Assembly (NCBI GenBank): GCA_016707895.1
Contig: JADJGV010000034.1
Coordinates: 501,625 to 565,624 of the forward strand
Source: Myxococcales bacterium
GTDB taxonomy: Bacteria > Myxococcota_A > Polyangia > Haliangiales > Haliangiaceae
DNA length: 64,000 nt
Reading direction: 5' to 3'
Both the position numbers and the translations under genes were made by a program. The notes under the pieces are model-generated. The model was not told the origin of the DNA, ran no database searches, and was given only the letters and a program-made list of their open reading frames with translations. Below, one piece after another: positions 18,908 to 31,561 of the stretch (position 1 is its first letter; every line of letters starts with the position of its first letter).

Positions 18908-20083
18908 CGCCGACACGTCCAGCGTGACGCCGTCCCAGGCCAGCACGTCGCCGACGATCAGCTGCACCCGGCCGGCGCCGATGCGATCCTCGCCCAGCGT
19001 GAACGGCCCGGCCGCGCGGCCCAGCCACGGCGCGCCGGCGGTGAACGCGACCTCGCACGGCAGCCCGGCCGGCGCCAGGTCGATCACCTGATCGGGCCGC
19101 CCGATCACCAGCCGCCGGCCGCGGTCGAGGCCGCTGGCGACGCGCAGGTACGCGACCCCGTCGATCACCTCGAACTCGAGCCGGCAGTCCTCGCCCAGCT
19201 CGACCGCGCCGCGGCCGGCCAGCGGCACCTTGCCCGCCACCGGCAGCCCGCCGATCAGCGTGCCGTTGCGCGAGCCGGCGTCGCCGATCGTGAACCCGTC
19301 GCCGCCGACGGTGATCTCGGCGTGGCGGCGCGACACCCCGCCGGCGCGCAGCGGCAGATCGCACACCGCGTCGCGGCCCATCGCGACCAGGGGCCGGACG
19401 CTCACGATCACCGCGTCGCCGCCGCGCGGGCGCAGCTCGACCTTGCCGCCGCTGATCAGATCGGCGGTGAGCGCGTCGAGCACGCGCTGGCGATCGTCGG
19501 ACGGCTCGGCGGCCAGGCTGCGCGTCAGCGCGGCGCGCGCCTCGCCGCGGCGCCCGAGCCGGCGGTGCAGCTCGTAGTCGGCGAAGGCGTCGCGCGCCGA
19601 CTGCTCGGCGGTGGCGCGGCGCTCGTCGGCGGCCAGCGTGTCCTCGACGCGATCGATCAGGCCGGCGTCGGAGTAGGCCTGGGCCGCGCCGGCCAGCTCG
19701 CCGATCGCGGCCAGCGCGTCGCCGGCCTCGCGGTGGGCGCCGCCGGCCACGAGCAGCGCCGCCGCCTCGCGCACCCGCTCGCGATCGCGCGCGGTGGCGA
19801 CGCCCTCGGCCTTGGTCTTGGCGTACAGCGCGCGGCCCAGCGCCGCGGAGGCCTGGGCCACCAGCGCCGGCTCGTCGCCGGCCCAGTGCACCGCGTCGCG
19901 CAGCGCGGCCAGCTCGGCGGCGCGATCGGCGGCGCGCGCGGCCCGCGCCAGGTGCATGCGCACCGCGCCGGCGCGATCGCCGGCCAGGCCGTAGTGGGTC
20001 GCGGCGGTGTCGGGATCGCCCGCGGCCTCGGCGGCGCGCGCGGCGCGCAGGTCAGTCGAGAACAGCTGGCGGAAGATGCCCAC
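18905..20083 (-). CDS. Protein with a C-terminal FHA domain and an N-terminal TPR-like helical region
   Basis: FHA-domain hallmarks GRDAVCDLPLRAGGVSRRHAEI and SRNGTLIGGLPV. Translationally coupled to the downstream kinase. Confidence 0.75.
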
Positions 20084-20135
20084 GCGAGGGTCGATTATAC
20101 AGCCCGGCGTGGGCCCTCAGCGCCGGTCAGTTCGT

Positions 20136-20245
20136 TTCGCTCGAGCACCGGAGGACGCGTCGGGAGTCTCGCGTCGCGGGGGGAGGCTCGATCCCGGCTT
20201 TGCCGGGATCGAGGGGGGCTCGGCGACGAGCCCCCTGGAACTCAA
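20136..20245. repeat. Structured REP-like intergenic repeat, intact copy (two hairpins)
   Basis: GTTTCG..GACGCGTCGGGAGTCTCGCGTC..GGGGGGAGGCTCGATCCCGGCtttGCCGGGATCGAGGGGGGCTCGgcgacGAGCCCCCTG. A second copy at 31509-31561 plus 33026-33090 keeps both stems through compensatory substitutions. Confidence 0.6.
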
Positions 20246-22083
20246 GGAAGCGCGGCGCCGAAGCGCGCCTGGTACTCGGTGGCGAGCTGGGCCTTGGCGG
20301 CGGCGTCGCCGGCGCGGTCGAGGGCCTTGCCCAGCGCGCGGTAGGCCTGCGCCAGCTCGGGCTCGGCGGCGATCGCCGCGCGCAAGGACGCGATCCCGGC
20401 CGGCAGCTTGTTGCCCTGGGCCAGCATCACGCCGCGCAGGTACAGCGCCCAGGCCGCGCCGCTCCACGCGGCGATCGCCTGATCGCACAGCTTGCGCGCG
20501 GCCGGCACCGCCTGCTGGCGCAGCGCCAGGTCGCACTCGGCGGCGAGCAGCCCGGGCGCGCCGCGCCAGCGCTTGCCCGCGGCCTTGGCCAGCCGCTTGG
20601 CGTCGGCGAACTTGTCGGCGTAGATCGCCGCCAGCAGGTCGCGCACCGCCGCGACGTAGGCCGGCTCGTCGAGCGGCGCGATCTTGCCGGGGACGCCGCC
20701 CGGGGGCAGGCCGTAGCGGCCGCGGGTGCGCAGCACCCAGGCCAGCACGTCGGCGCCCACGCCCGGCTGACGCTGCTCGGCGCTCCGCGCGGCGCGCTCG
20801 GCGTCGGACACCAGCCCCAGGGCCAGGTACGCCTCGGCGGTGGCCATCCACACCGGCACGCGATCGCCGGCCATCGCGTCGACCGCCGCCAGGTGGGCGC
20901 GCGCGCCGGCGAGGTCGCCGCCGGACGCCAGCGCGCCGGCCAGCACCATCCGCGGTCGCGGATCGTCGGGCGCGACGTCGGCCACGCGCTGGCACGCCTT
21001 CACCGCGGCGTCGTCGGCGGCGCCGTCGCGCGCCACCCGCAGCTCGCAGATCGCCATCCGCACGTCGGGCGACGCCGGGTACGCGGCGGCGATCGCGTCG
21101 AGCTCGGCCAGCGCCTCGCCGAGCTTGCCGGCCTGGGCCAGCCGCCGCGCCGCCAGCAGCTGCTCGTTGGCCGCGCCGGCCAGGTCGACCGCGGCGCCGC
21201 CGCTGGCGTCGACCATGACCCGCAGCGCGGCGAGGAACTCGCCCTTGGCGTCGTCGTCCCAGCCGCCCCACGGGTTGCCCTCGAAGTAGCTGGTCAGCCG
21301 CGCCGCCAGCGTGCGCACGTCGAAGCTGCCCCGCGGCGCCAGCCAGGTCTCGAGCGACAGCTGCATGATCGCGCGGCTCGGCTCCGACAAGGTCGCCATC
21401 TCGGCGCTGTAGATCGCGGCCAGCAGCCAGGTCGGATCGTTCTCGTGCGGCGCGCCCAGCGTGTGGGCCAGCTCGTGCAACAGCACGACGGTCTGCTTGT
21501 GGCGGCGCCGCGCCAGGTGCACCCGCTCGCGCTCGGCGTCGCTGGTGTCGGGGAACAGCTGCGTGAACGCCTTGCGCTCGGCGCCGTCGGCGTAGCCGCG
21601 CACGACGACGTGGCGGCCCAGCGGGCGCGCCACGCCGAGCTCCTCGAAGCTGCCCTCGACCAGGCTCAGCGCCGACGCGTAGCCGATGACCCAGTCGACG
21701 TCGTCGCCGGGATCCTTGGCCTCGAGCGCCGCCAGCACGTCACCCAGCTTGCGATCGGCCGAGCGCGCGGGCCACGGCTCGATGGCCTTGGCCTCGAGGC
21801 GGACGCCGACCGCCGGCACCAGGAACTGGTTGGCCTCGTCGAGCTGCTCCTCGATCTGCTGCCGCCAGTGCAGCGTGCCGGCCCGGTAGTCCTCGTCGAC
21901 CCAGACCCGCACGCGCGCGGTGCGGGCCTCGCCCGGCAGCGGCCGCGCCACCTCGAGCCCGGCCGGCAGCGCCTTGCTCAGGTTGCGCCGCTGGATCTCC
22001 TTCTCCTTGGCCGCGTTCGAGAACGCGTTGGTGTAACAGCCGGCGGCCAGGGCCGCGATCGCACACAGGAGAGCGGCGCGCAT
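20242..22083 (-). CDS. Zn-metallopeptidase lipoprotein (HEXXH) with C-terminal TPR repeats
   Basis: Lipobox LAAGCYTN. HELAH in VVLLHELAHTLGAPHEND. TPR-like C-terminal third. Confidence 0.75.
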   Translation of the reverse strand: MRAALLCAIAALAAGCYTNAFSNAAKEKEIQRRNLSKALPAGLEVARPLPGEARTARVRVWVDEDYRAGTLHWRQQIEEQLDEANQFLVPAVGVRLEAKAIEPWPARSADRKLGDVLAALEAKDPGDDVDWVIGYASALSLVEGSFEELGVARPLGRHVVVRGYADGAERKAFTQLFPDTSDAERERVHLARRRHKQTVVLLHELAHTLGAPHENDPTWLLAAIYSAEMATLSEPSRAIMQLSLETWLAPRGSFDVRTLAARLTSYFEGNPWGGWDDDAKGEFLAALRVMVDASGGAAVDLAGAANEQLLAARRLAQAGKLGEALAELDAIAAAYPASPDVRMAICELRVARDGAADDAAVKACQRVADVAPDDPRPRMVLAGALASGGDLAGARAHLAAVDAMAGDRVPVWMATAEAYLALGLVSDAERAARSAEQRQPGVGADVLAWVLRTRGRYGLPPGGVPGKIAPLDEPAYVAAVRDLLAAIYADKFADAKRLAKAAGKRWRGAPGLLAAECDLALRQQAVPAARKLCDQAIAAWSGAAWALYLRGVMLAQGNKLPAGIASLRAAIAAEPELAQAYRALGKALDRAGDAAAKAQLATEYQARFGAALP

Positions 22084-22115
22084 CAGGTGGGAGCGAGGCT
22101 ACCACCGCGCCGCGG

Positions 22116-22580
22116 TCAGGCAGCCAGCTTCGACAGCGCCGGGTCGGCGGCGAGCGAGTTGCCGTGGCGCAGCAGCACCGGCGTGCCGGTCCACGCGAAG
22201 CCGAGCAGGTAGTCGTCGCCGTCCTCGCGCGTCCACTGCACGCGGGCCTTGAAGCGGTAGGTCAGCCCGAGCTCGACGTCGTCGATGATGATCTCGACCG
22301 CGCTGCCGATCTCGGCGTACGGCGCGCGACCGCACACCATGCCGCCCGGGCCGATGTCGTCGACCGTGATCGCGTCGTGCAGCTTGCCGCCGCGGACCAC
22401 CGCCGGCAGCCGCACGTGCTCGCGCCGGAAGCGGCGGCCGTCGACCGCCGGGCTGGCGTCTTCGGCGAACGCCGCCTCGAGCGCGGTCAGCGCCTCGATC
22501 TCGTCGAAGCTGAGCCCCGCCCCCGACGCAGCCTTCCCCAGCAGCAGCCGGTATTGGTAGACGCGGTCGAGGGCGGTCAT
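22116..22580 (-). CDS. PilZ-domain protein (c-di-GMP receptor)
   Basis: RRFRREHVR ... DDIGPGGM matches the PilZ RxxxR and D/NxSxGG motifs. Start taken at MTALDRV. Confidence 0.7.
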   Translation of the reverse strand: MTALDRVYQYRLLLGKAASGAGLSFDEIEALTALEAAFAEDASPAVDGRRFRREHVRLPAVVRGGKLHDAITVDDIGPGGMVCGRAPYAEIGSAVEIIIDDVELGLTYRFKARVQWTREDGDDYLLGFAWTGTPVLLRHGNSLAADPALSKLAA

Positions 22581-22725
22581 GCCTGGACCTAGAGCAGAAC
22601 CCCGGGCCACGGGTGAGCTGGCCCCGGCGCCGGGTTAACCGGCGGAGATCACAGATCGGGGGAGGGGGGCTGGCGGATCGGGTGGCCGGGTTTGCCGTCA
22701 CCAGGGGTGCAGCGACCTCGCCACA

Positions 22726-24084
22726 TTGACAGGCCGCCGTCGGGCCGCGATCGTCCCGATCACCTCCGTGGATCTCTTTGCCCAGAACGCCGCGGCGCGC
22801 CGCGTCGGCCAGCCGCTCGCCGAGCGCATGCGCCCGCGATCGCTGGCGGAGTTCGCCGGCCAGGAGCACCTGCTCGGCCCCGGCAAGCTGCTGGGCCAGC
22901 TGGCGGCGGGGCGGAACATCCCGTCGCTCCTGTTGTGGGGCCCACCTGGGACCGGAAAGACCACCCTGGCGCGCCTGGTCGCCGAGGCGATCCGCGCACA
23001 CCTGGTGACCCTGTCGGCGGTCGACGCCGGGGTCAAGGACGTCCGCGAGGCGGTGGCCGAGGCCGCCACCCGCCGCGATCAGTACGGGCGGCGGACCGTG
23101 CTGTTCATCGACGAGATCCACCGGTTCTCGCGGACCCAGCAGGACGCGCTCCTGCCCCACGTCGAGGCCGGCACGGTGACGCTGGTCGGCGCGACCACCG
23201 AAAACCCGTCGTTCGGGGTGGTCGGCGCGCTCCTGTCGCGGGCCCGCGTGGTGCGGCTCGAGGCGCTGACCGACCCGGTGATCGACGCGCTGGTGCGGCG
23301 CGCGCTGGTCGACCGCGAGCGCGGGCTGGGCGCGCTCGACGTCCAGATCGCCGACGAGACCATCGCCGACGTCGTGACCCTGGCCGGCGGCGACGCGCGG
23401 CGCGCGCTGGGCATCCTCGAGGCCGCCGCCGAGCTGGCCGGCGGGGTGGCGCCGGCGGCGATCGAGCGGGCCCACGTCGCCGAGGCCGCCCAGGGCAAGG
23501 TGCTGACCTACGATCGCGCCGGCGACGAGCACTACGGCGTGGTCAGCGCGCTGATCAAGAGCCTGCGCGGCTCCGACCCCGACGCGGCGGCGTACTGGAT
23601 GACCCGCATGCTCGAGGCCGGCGACGATCCGCGCTTCATCCTGCGCCGGCTGGTGATCTTCGCGTCGGAGGACGTCGGCAACGCCGACCCCCAGGCGCTG
23701 GTGGTGGCGGTGAGCGCGCTGTCGGCCTACGAGCTGGTCGGGCTGCCCGAGGGCGCGCTGGTCATGACCCAGGCCGCGGTCTACCTGGCGTGCGCGCCCA
23801 AGTCGAACACCGCGCTCACCACCTACGCCGCCGCGCGCAAGGCGGTGCGGGACCACGGCGCGCTGCCGGTGCCGGCGGCGCTGCGGCCGGCGTCGACCGG
23901 CCTGGCCCGGGCCATGGGCCACGGCCAGGGCTACAAGTACCCCCATGACTTCGAGGGCGCCTACGTGCCCGCCGACTACCTGCCCGAGGCGCTGATCGGG
24001 ACCCGGCTGTACCAGCCGACCGAGTCGGGCTTCGAGGCCGAGCTGAAGGCGCGGCTGGCGGCGCTGGCCGCGCGCAAGCGCTGA
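22726..24084 (+). CDS. rarA: Replication-associated recombination protein A (AAA+ ATPase, MgsA/RarA)
   Basis: LLLWGPPGTGKTTLARLVAE, VLFIDEIHRFSRTQQDALLPHVE and the C-terminal MgsA helical domain. Confidence 0.9.
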   Translation: MTGRRRAAIVPITSVDLFAQNAAARRVGQPLAERMRPRSLAEFAGQEHLLGPGKLLGQLAAGRNIPSLLLWGPPGTGKTTLARLVAEAIRAHLVTLSAVDAGVKDVREAVAEAATRRDQYGRRTVLFIDEIHRFSRTQQDALLPHVEAGTVTLVGATTENPSFGVVGALLSRARVVRLEALTDPVIDALVRRALVDRERGLGALDVQIADETIADVVTLAGGDARRALGILEAAAELAGGVAPAAIERAHVAEAAQGKVLTYDRAGDEHYGVVSALIKSLRGSDPDAAAYWMTRMLEAGDDPRFILRRLVIFASEDVGNADPQALVVAVSALSAYELVGLPEGALVMTQAAVYLACAPKSNTALTTYAAARKAVRDHGALPVPAALRPASTGLARAMGHGQGYKYPHDFEGAYVPADYLPEALIGTRLYQPTESGFEAELKARLAALAARKR

Positions 24085-24111
24085 CCAGGCATCACTCTTC
24101 GCCGGCGCGAT

Positions 24112-24393
24112 GTGATACCCCTTTGGGCGATGTCCGCCCTCGACTCCACCCAGGAAGAGCTGTTCCTCGGCATCGCCTACGCGCTCTTCATGAACCGCCT
24201 GCACGTGCTGCGTCTGACCGAGGTCGTGCGCCACGGGATCCGGCCCAACGCCGACGACGGCAACATGGAAGTGCCGGATCCGCTCGACGGCGAGCTCAAG
24301 CAGCAGGCCGTCGAGTACGTGATCAAGTGCTTCCCGGCCACGTTCGGCAAGCGGCTGCGGGCCGCCGCCGACACGTGGCTGTCGCTGTCGTGA
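24112..24393 (+). CDS. Small hypothetical protein (about 90 aa)
   Basis: ORF with a diverse, non-artefact-like composition (MSALDSTQEELFLGIAYALFMNRLHVLRL...) in a region of lower GC. No recognisable domain. Confidence 0.4.
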   Translation: MIPLWAMSALDSTQEELFLGIAYALFMNRLHVLRLTEVVRHGIRPNADDGNMEVPDPLDGELKQQAVEYVIKCFPATFGKRLRAAADTWLSLS

Positions 24394-24481
24394 TGCGGTA
24401 GGGGCGCGTCGCCGGGCCCTGGGCGCGGGGATCGCCACCCCTGCACGGGGCGCGGGCACGGTCGATATCCGATCGTGCAAG

Positions 24482-25681
24482 ATGCCCATCGCCCAGCTCT
24501 CCGCGCGGGCTGATGATCCCGCGACCTACCTCCGCGACCGGATCGCGCGCGGCGACGTCGTCGTCCCGCCGTACCCAGCGGTGGCGGCCGCGCTGCAAGC
24601 GCTCGCGGCCAACCCGAAGTGCGGCAGCCGCGCGCTGGCCGAGGTGGTCGGGCGCGACGTGGCGCTGGCGGCGGCGGTGGTGCGGCGCGCGTCGAGCGCG
24701 GCGGCCGCTGGCCACGCCGGCATCCTCACGCTCGAGCAGGCGGTGTGCAAGCTGGGCGTCGCCGAGCTGGGCCGGCTGGCGCTGGCGGTGTCGGTCGGCG
24801 CCACCGCGACCCGCCGGGGGCCGCTGGCGCTGTTGCGGCGCGACCAGTGGCGCCACGCGCTCCTGGCCGCGGTGTTCGCGCAGGAGCTGGCGCCGCGCCG
24901 GGGCATCCACCCCGATCAGGCGTTCCTGGCCGGGCTGATCCACGATCTCGGCGCGGTGATCGCGGTCGGCCTCCTCGAGGAGTACCTCGGCCTGCACGCC
25001 GACGCGACGTTCGACGCGACCGCCGGCGGGGCGCTGATCCAGGAGGTCCACGTCGAGCTGGGGCTCCTGATCGCCGAGCGCTGGCAGCTGCCCGAGGTGC
25101 TGCGCGAGATCATCACCTACCACCACGATCCCACCGCGTGCCTCCGCGTCTACCGGCGCGAGGTGACGCTGATCGGCCAGGTCGAGCGGATCATCGCGGC
25201 GCTTGCCAGCCCGGCCGGCGCCGAGGCGCTGCGCGAGCTGCCCGGGCTCGAACACGACGAGCGGTTCCGCATCGTCGCGCTCCTGCCGCGGGTCGGCGAG
25301 GTCATGGCCAGCTTCGCCGCCGAGCTGCCCGACGCCGCGCCGCCGCCGCGCGCGAGCGCGCCGCCCCCGGCCGCGCCCCGGCCGGCGACGTTCCCGGTCG
25401 ACTTCGCGGTCGAGCCCGGCGCCAACCGCGCGCCCGGGCGGGCGACCGCGATCGGGCCGGCGACCCTCGAGCTCGACTGTCCGGCGGCGCTGCCGATCAA
25501 CTGGCTGGTCGCGCTCGGCCTCGACCTGCCCGACGGGCGGGTCGAGCTGCTCGCCAACGTGCTCGCGTGCGCGCGCGGGCCCCGCGGCTTCCACGTCGTC
25601 ATCGCGCCGTTCGCCCTCAACGGGCCGCCCAAGCGCGCGTGGCTCGCGCTGCTCGAGCGGGCCCGCGCCGCCGCGGCCTGA
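24482..25681 (+). CDS. HDOD-domain signalling protein with a C-terminal domain of unknown function
   Basis: HDOD-like region LTLEQAVCKLGVAELGRLALAV ... AGLIHDLGAV. Confidence 0.7.
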   Translation: MPIAQLSARADDPATYLRDRIARGDVVVPPYPAVAAALQALAANPKCGSRALAEVVGRDVALAAAVVRRASSAAAAGHAGILTLEQAVCKLGVAELGRLALAVSVGATATRRGPLALLRRDQWRHALLAAVFAQELAPRRGIHPDQAFLAGLIHDLGAVIAVGLLEEYLGLHADATFDATAGGALIQEVHVELGLLIAERWQLPEVLREIITYHHDPTACLRVYRREVTLIGQVERIIAALASPAGAEALRELPGLEHDERFRIVALLPRVGEVMASFAAELPDAAPPPRASAPPPAAPRPATFPVDFAVEPGANRAPGRATAIGPATLELDCPAALPINWLVALGLDLPDGRVELLANVLACARGPRGFHVVIAPFALNGPPKRAWLALLERARAAAA

Positions 25682-25703
25682 CCGCCGTCCCCGGAGCCGA
25701 TCC

Positions 25704-26846
25704 ATGTCCCTTCACATCAAGCGTGCCGGTTCGAGCGCCACCGACCCCGCGGCCGCGGTGGCCGAGGTGTTCGCGGGCGTCCACCAGCCCGACGCGGCGT
25801 TGACGATCTTCTACTGCTCCTCTCGCTACGACCTGCCGGCGCTGGCGGCGGCGCTGGTCGCGCGGTTCGGGCCGGACGCGCCGCTGCTCGGCTGCACCAC
25901 CGCCGCGGAGATCGCGCCGACCGGCTACCACGAGGGCTCGCTGACCGCGGTCAGCCTGGCCGGCCCGGGGTTGACCGCCCACGTCGAGCGCATCGACGCG
26001 CTGCACGCGTTCGAGCTCGAGCAGGGCGCGGCGGCGGCGCAGCGCGCGCGCGCGGCGTTGGTCGCGCAGGGCGGCCTCCCCGACGCCGGCAACACCTTCG
26101 CGTTCCTGCTGGCTGACGGGCTGGCCTCGCAAGAGGAGGCGCTGGTCACGTCGATCTACCACGCGCTCGGCGGCATCCAGCTGTGCGGCGGCTCGGCCGG
26201 CGACGGCATGCGCTTCGAGCAGACCCACCTGTTCCATGGCGGTCGCTTCCACACCGACTGCGCGCTCTTGACGCTGGTCCGGTCGCCGGCGCCGTTCCGG
26301 GTGTTCAAGACCGAGCACTTCGCGCCGTCGAGCGAGCAGCTGGTCGTGACCGGCGCCGACCCCGGGCGCCGCATCGTCACCGAGATCAACGGCGAGCCGG
26401 CCGCGGTCGAGTACGCGCGGATCTGCGGCGTGCCCGCCGACGCGCTGACGCCGATGGTGTTCGCCACCCACCCGGTCGTGGTCACGCTCGGCGGCAGCGT
26501 CTTCGTGCGGTCGATCCAGAAGGTCAACCCCGACGGCAGCCTGACGTTCTTCTGCGCGATCGACGAGGGCATCGTGCTGCGGGTCGCGCGCGGGGGCGAC
26601 ATGGTCGCGAACCTGGCCGACGCGTTCGCCGGGGTGGTGCGCGAGATCGGGGTGCCCGATCTGGTGCTCGGCTGCGACTGCGTGCTGCGCTACCTCGAGC
26701 TCGAACAGGGCCGGCTGCGGCCCGCGATCGACGCGCTGATGACGCGGCACAACGTGATCGGCTTCGCCACCTACGGCGAACAGTTCAACGCGATGCACGT
26801 CAACCAGACCTTCACCGGCGTCGCGATCGCCGCCACCCGAGGCTGA
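25704..26846 (+). CDS. FIST-domain sensory protein (FIST_N plus FIST_C)
   Basis: [22 protein letters not shown] ... [11 protein letters not shown] ... [10 protein letters not shown] is typical of FIST proteins. The stop abuts the start of the hybrid kinase. Confidence 0.75.
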   Translation: MSLHIKRAGSSATDPAAAVAEVFAGVHQPDAALTIFYCSSRYDLPALAAALVARFGPDAPLLGCTTAAEIAPTGYHEGSLTAVSLAGPGLTAHVERIDALHAFELEQGAAAAQRARAALVAQGGLPDAGNTFAFLLADGLASQEEALVTSIYHALGGIQLCGGSAGDGMRFEQTHLFHGGRFHTDCALLTLVRSPAPFRVFKTEHFAPSSEQLVVTGADPGRRIVTEINGEPAAVEYARICGVPADALTPMVFATHPVVVTLGGSVFVRSIQKVNPDGSLTFFCAIDEGIVLRVARGGDMVANLADAFAGVVREIGVPDLVLGCDCVLRYLELEQGRLRPAIDALMTRHNVIGFATYGEQFNAMHVNQTFTGVAIAATRG

Positions 26847-26847
26847 G

Positions 26848-29266
<2,419 letters not shown>

Positions 29267-29277
<11 letters not shown>

Positions 29278-31465
29278 TCTCCCCCGTCCCCGGGTGCTGA
29301 TCGTCGACGACGACGACATGACCCGCCTGCTCGCGACCGAGACCCTGGAGGGCGCGGGCTTCGAGGTGTTCGAGGCGGCCGACGGCGCGGCCGGCGTCGC
29401 CGCGCACGCCGAGCTGACGCCCGACCTGATGCTGCTCGACGTCAACATGCCCGGCCTCGACGGCTACGGCGTGTGCGCGCAGGTGCGGGCGCGGCCCGAG
29501 GGCAGCGCCACGCCGATCCTGGTGATGACCGCGCTCGACGACGTCGACGCCGTCGAGCGCGCGTTCGCCGCCGGCGCGACCGACTTCCTGACCAAGCCGC
29601 TCAACCTGCCGCTCCTGGCCCACCGGGTGCGCTACCTGCTGCGCGCGGCCCAGGCGTTCCACGACGAGCGCGAGCAGGCGCAGGTGCTGGCGCGGGTGCA
29701 GCGGCTCGCGCGGCTGGCCCACTGGCGGGTCGACGCGGCCGGCTTCGCCTGGGCGTGCGACGTCGGCGCCGTGCTGTGGCCCGAGGTGGCGGCGTCGGTG
29801 CCGGCGCCGCGCTCGCTGCTGGCGCTGGTCCACCCCGACGATCGCGACCTGGTCGCGACCGCGCTGACCACCACCGCGCCCCACCAGCTCGACTACCGGA
29901 TGGTCCTGCCCGACGGCAGCGAGCGCCTGGTCCGCCAGGACGCCGAGGTCATCGACGACGCCGGGCGGCCGGTGCTGATCGGCGCCACCCAGGACGTCAC
30001 CGAGCAGCGCGCGGCCGAGCGCCGGATCGCCCAGCTGGCGTTCTTCGACGATCTCACCGGCCTGCCCAGCCGCGCGTTCCTGCACCGGTTCTTGCGGCGG
30101 GTGCTGCTCGACGCGCGCGCCGCCGGCACGCCGGTGACGCTGATCAGCATCGGCATCGCGCTGGGCGCGGTGCCGGGCACCGTCAGCCCGACCGATCGCG
30201 ACGAGCTGCGCCGGGCCATCGCCGCGCGGGTGGTCGAGCACGTGCGCGGCGCCGATCTCGACCTGCGGCTCGATCAGCCGGTCGGAGATCCCGACGCCTG
30301 GGTCGGCGGCGCGCTGCTGGCGCGGCCCGGCTCCGACGAGCTGGTGCTGGTGTTGCGCGACGCGCGCGCCACCGAGCCCGAGCCGGTGGCGGCGCGGATC
30401 GCGGCGGCGCTGGCGGTCGGCTACCGGGTCGGCGACCACGAGCTGTTCGTGACCTCGCCGGTCGGCATCGCGACCTCGGACGACTCCGGCGACGACCCGC
30501 GGACGCTGATCGAGCACGCCCGGGCCGCCAGCCACCAGGCCCGGGTCGCGGGCCAGCCGGTCCACCGCTTCTCGGCCGACGTGCTGCGCGCGGCGCGGCG
30601 CTCGGCCGACTTCGAGCGCCGGGTCCGCACCGCGGTCGCGCGCCTCGGCGATCCCGCCCGGGAGCCGGAGTTCACGCTCTACTACCAGCCCAAGATCGAG
30701 CGCGGCAGCGGCCGCACCGTCGGGGTCGAGGCGTTGATGCGGTGGTTCCCGCCCGACGGGCCGCCGATCTCGCCGGGCGAGTTCATCCCGGTGGCCGAGC
30801 GCTCCAACGCGATCTCGCTCCTCGGCGACTGGCTGCTGCAGGAGGCGTGCGCCCAGGGCGCGGCCTGGGTCGAGGCCGGCACGCCGATCCACGTCGCGGT
30901 CAACGTCTCGCCCCGGCAGCTGCGCTCGGTCGGCTTCGTCGAGCGGGTGGTCGCGAGCGCGGCCGCCGCCGGCTTCGATCTCGGCCTGCTCGAGATCGAG
31001 ATCACCGAGCACGCCACCGTCGACGACTTCGATCAGGCGGCGGCGGTGCTGCACGCGCTGCGGGCGCGGGGCGCGCGGATCGTGCTCGACGACTTCGGCG
31101 TCGGCCAGTCGTCGCTGGCGTACGTCGCGCGGCTGCCGGTCGACGTGATCAAGATCGACCGCGCGTTCGTGGCCGGCCTCGGGCGCGACCCGGTCAGCGG
31201 CGCGATCGTCTCGGCGGTGATGGCGATGGCCGAGGCGCTCGACATCACCGTGGTGGTCGAGGGCGTCGAGACCGCGCAGCAGGTGCGGATCCTGGGGCGC
31301 TACCCGGCGTGCGAGATCCAGGGTTACTACTGCGCGCGGCCGGCGCCGCCCGCCGAGCTGACGCCGTTCCTCACCGGGCGCTTCGCGTGGAACGTCGACG
31401 ACGACGGCGCCGCGATCGAGATCGCCGTCGACGACGTGCCCGGCGAGGTCGTGCTGGCGTCGTGA
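29267..31465 (+). CDS. Response regulator REC-PAS-GGDEF(degenerate)-EAL, a predicted c-di-GMP phosphodiesterase
   Basis: [14 protein letters not shown]...[16 protein letters not shown] replaced by GDHELF. EAL motifs [19 protein letters not shown] and DVIKIDRAF. Confidence 0.85.
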
Positions 31466-31508
31466 CCTGGCCCGGCCGAGGGAGGTGCGGCGACCGGCCG
31501 GAGCCTGC

Positions 31509-31561
31509 ACGTGTTTCGTTTGAGCCCCCGTCGACGCGTCGGGAGTCTCGCGTCCTGGGGG
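31509..31561. repeat. Left half of the second REP-like repeat copy, interrupted by the IS
   Basis: GTTTCGTTTGAGCCCCCGTCGACGCGTCGGGAGTCTCGCGTCCTGGGGG matches the 5' half of the copy at 20136-20245. Confidence 0.55.
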
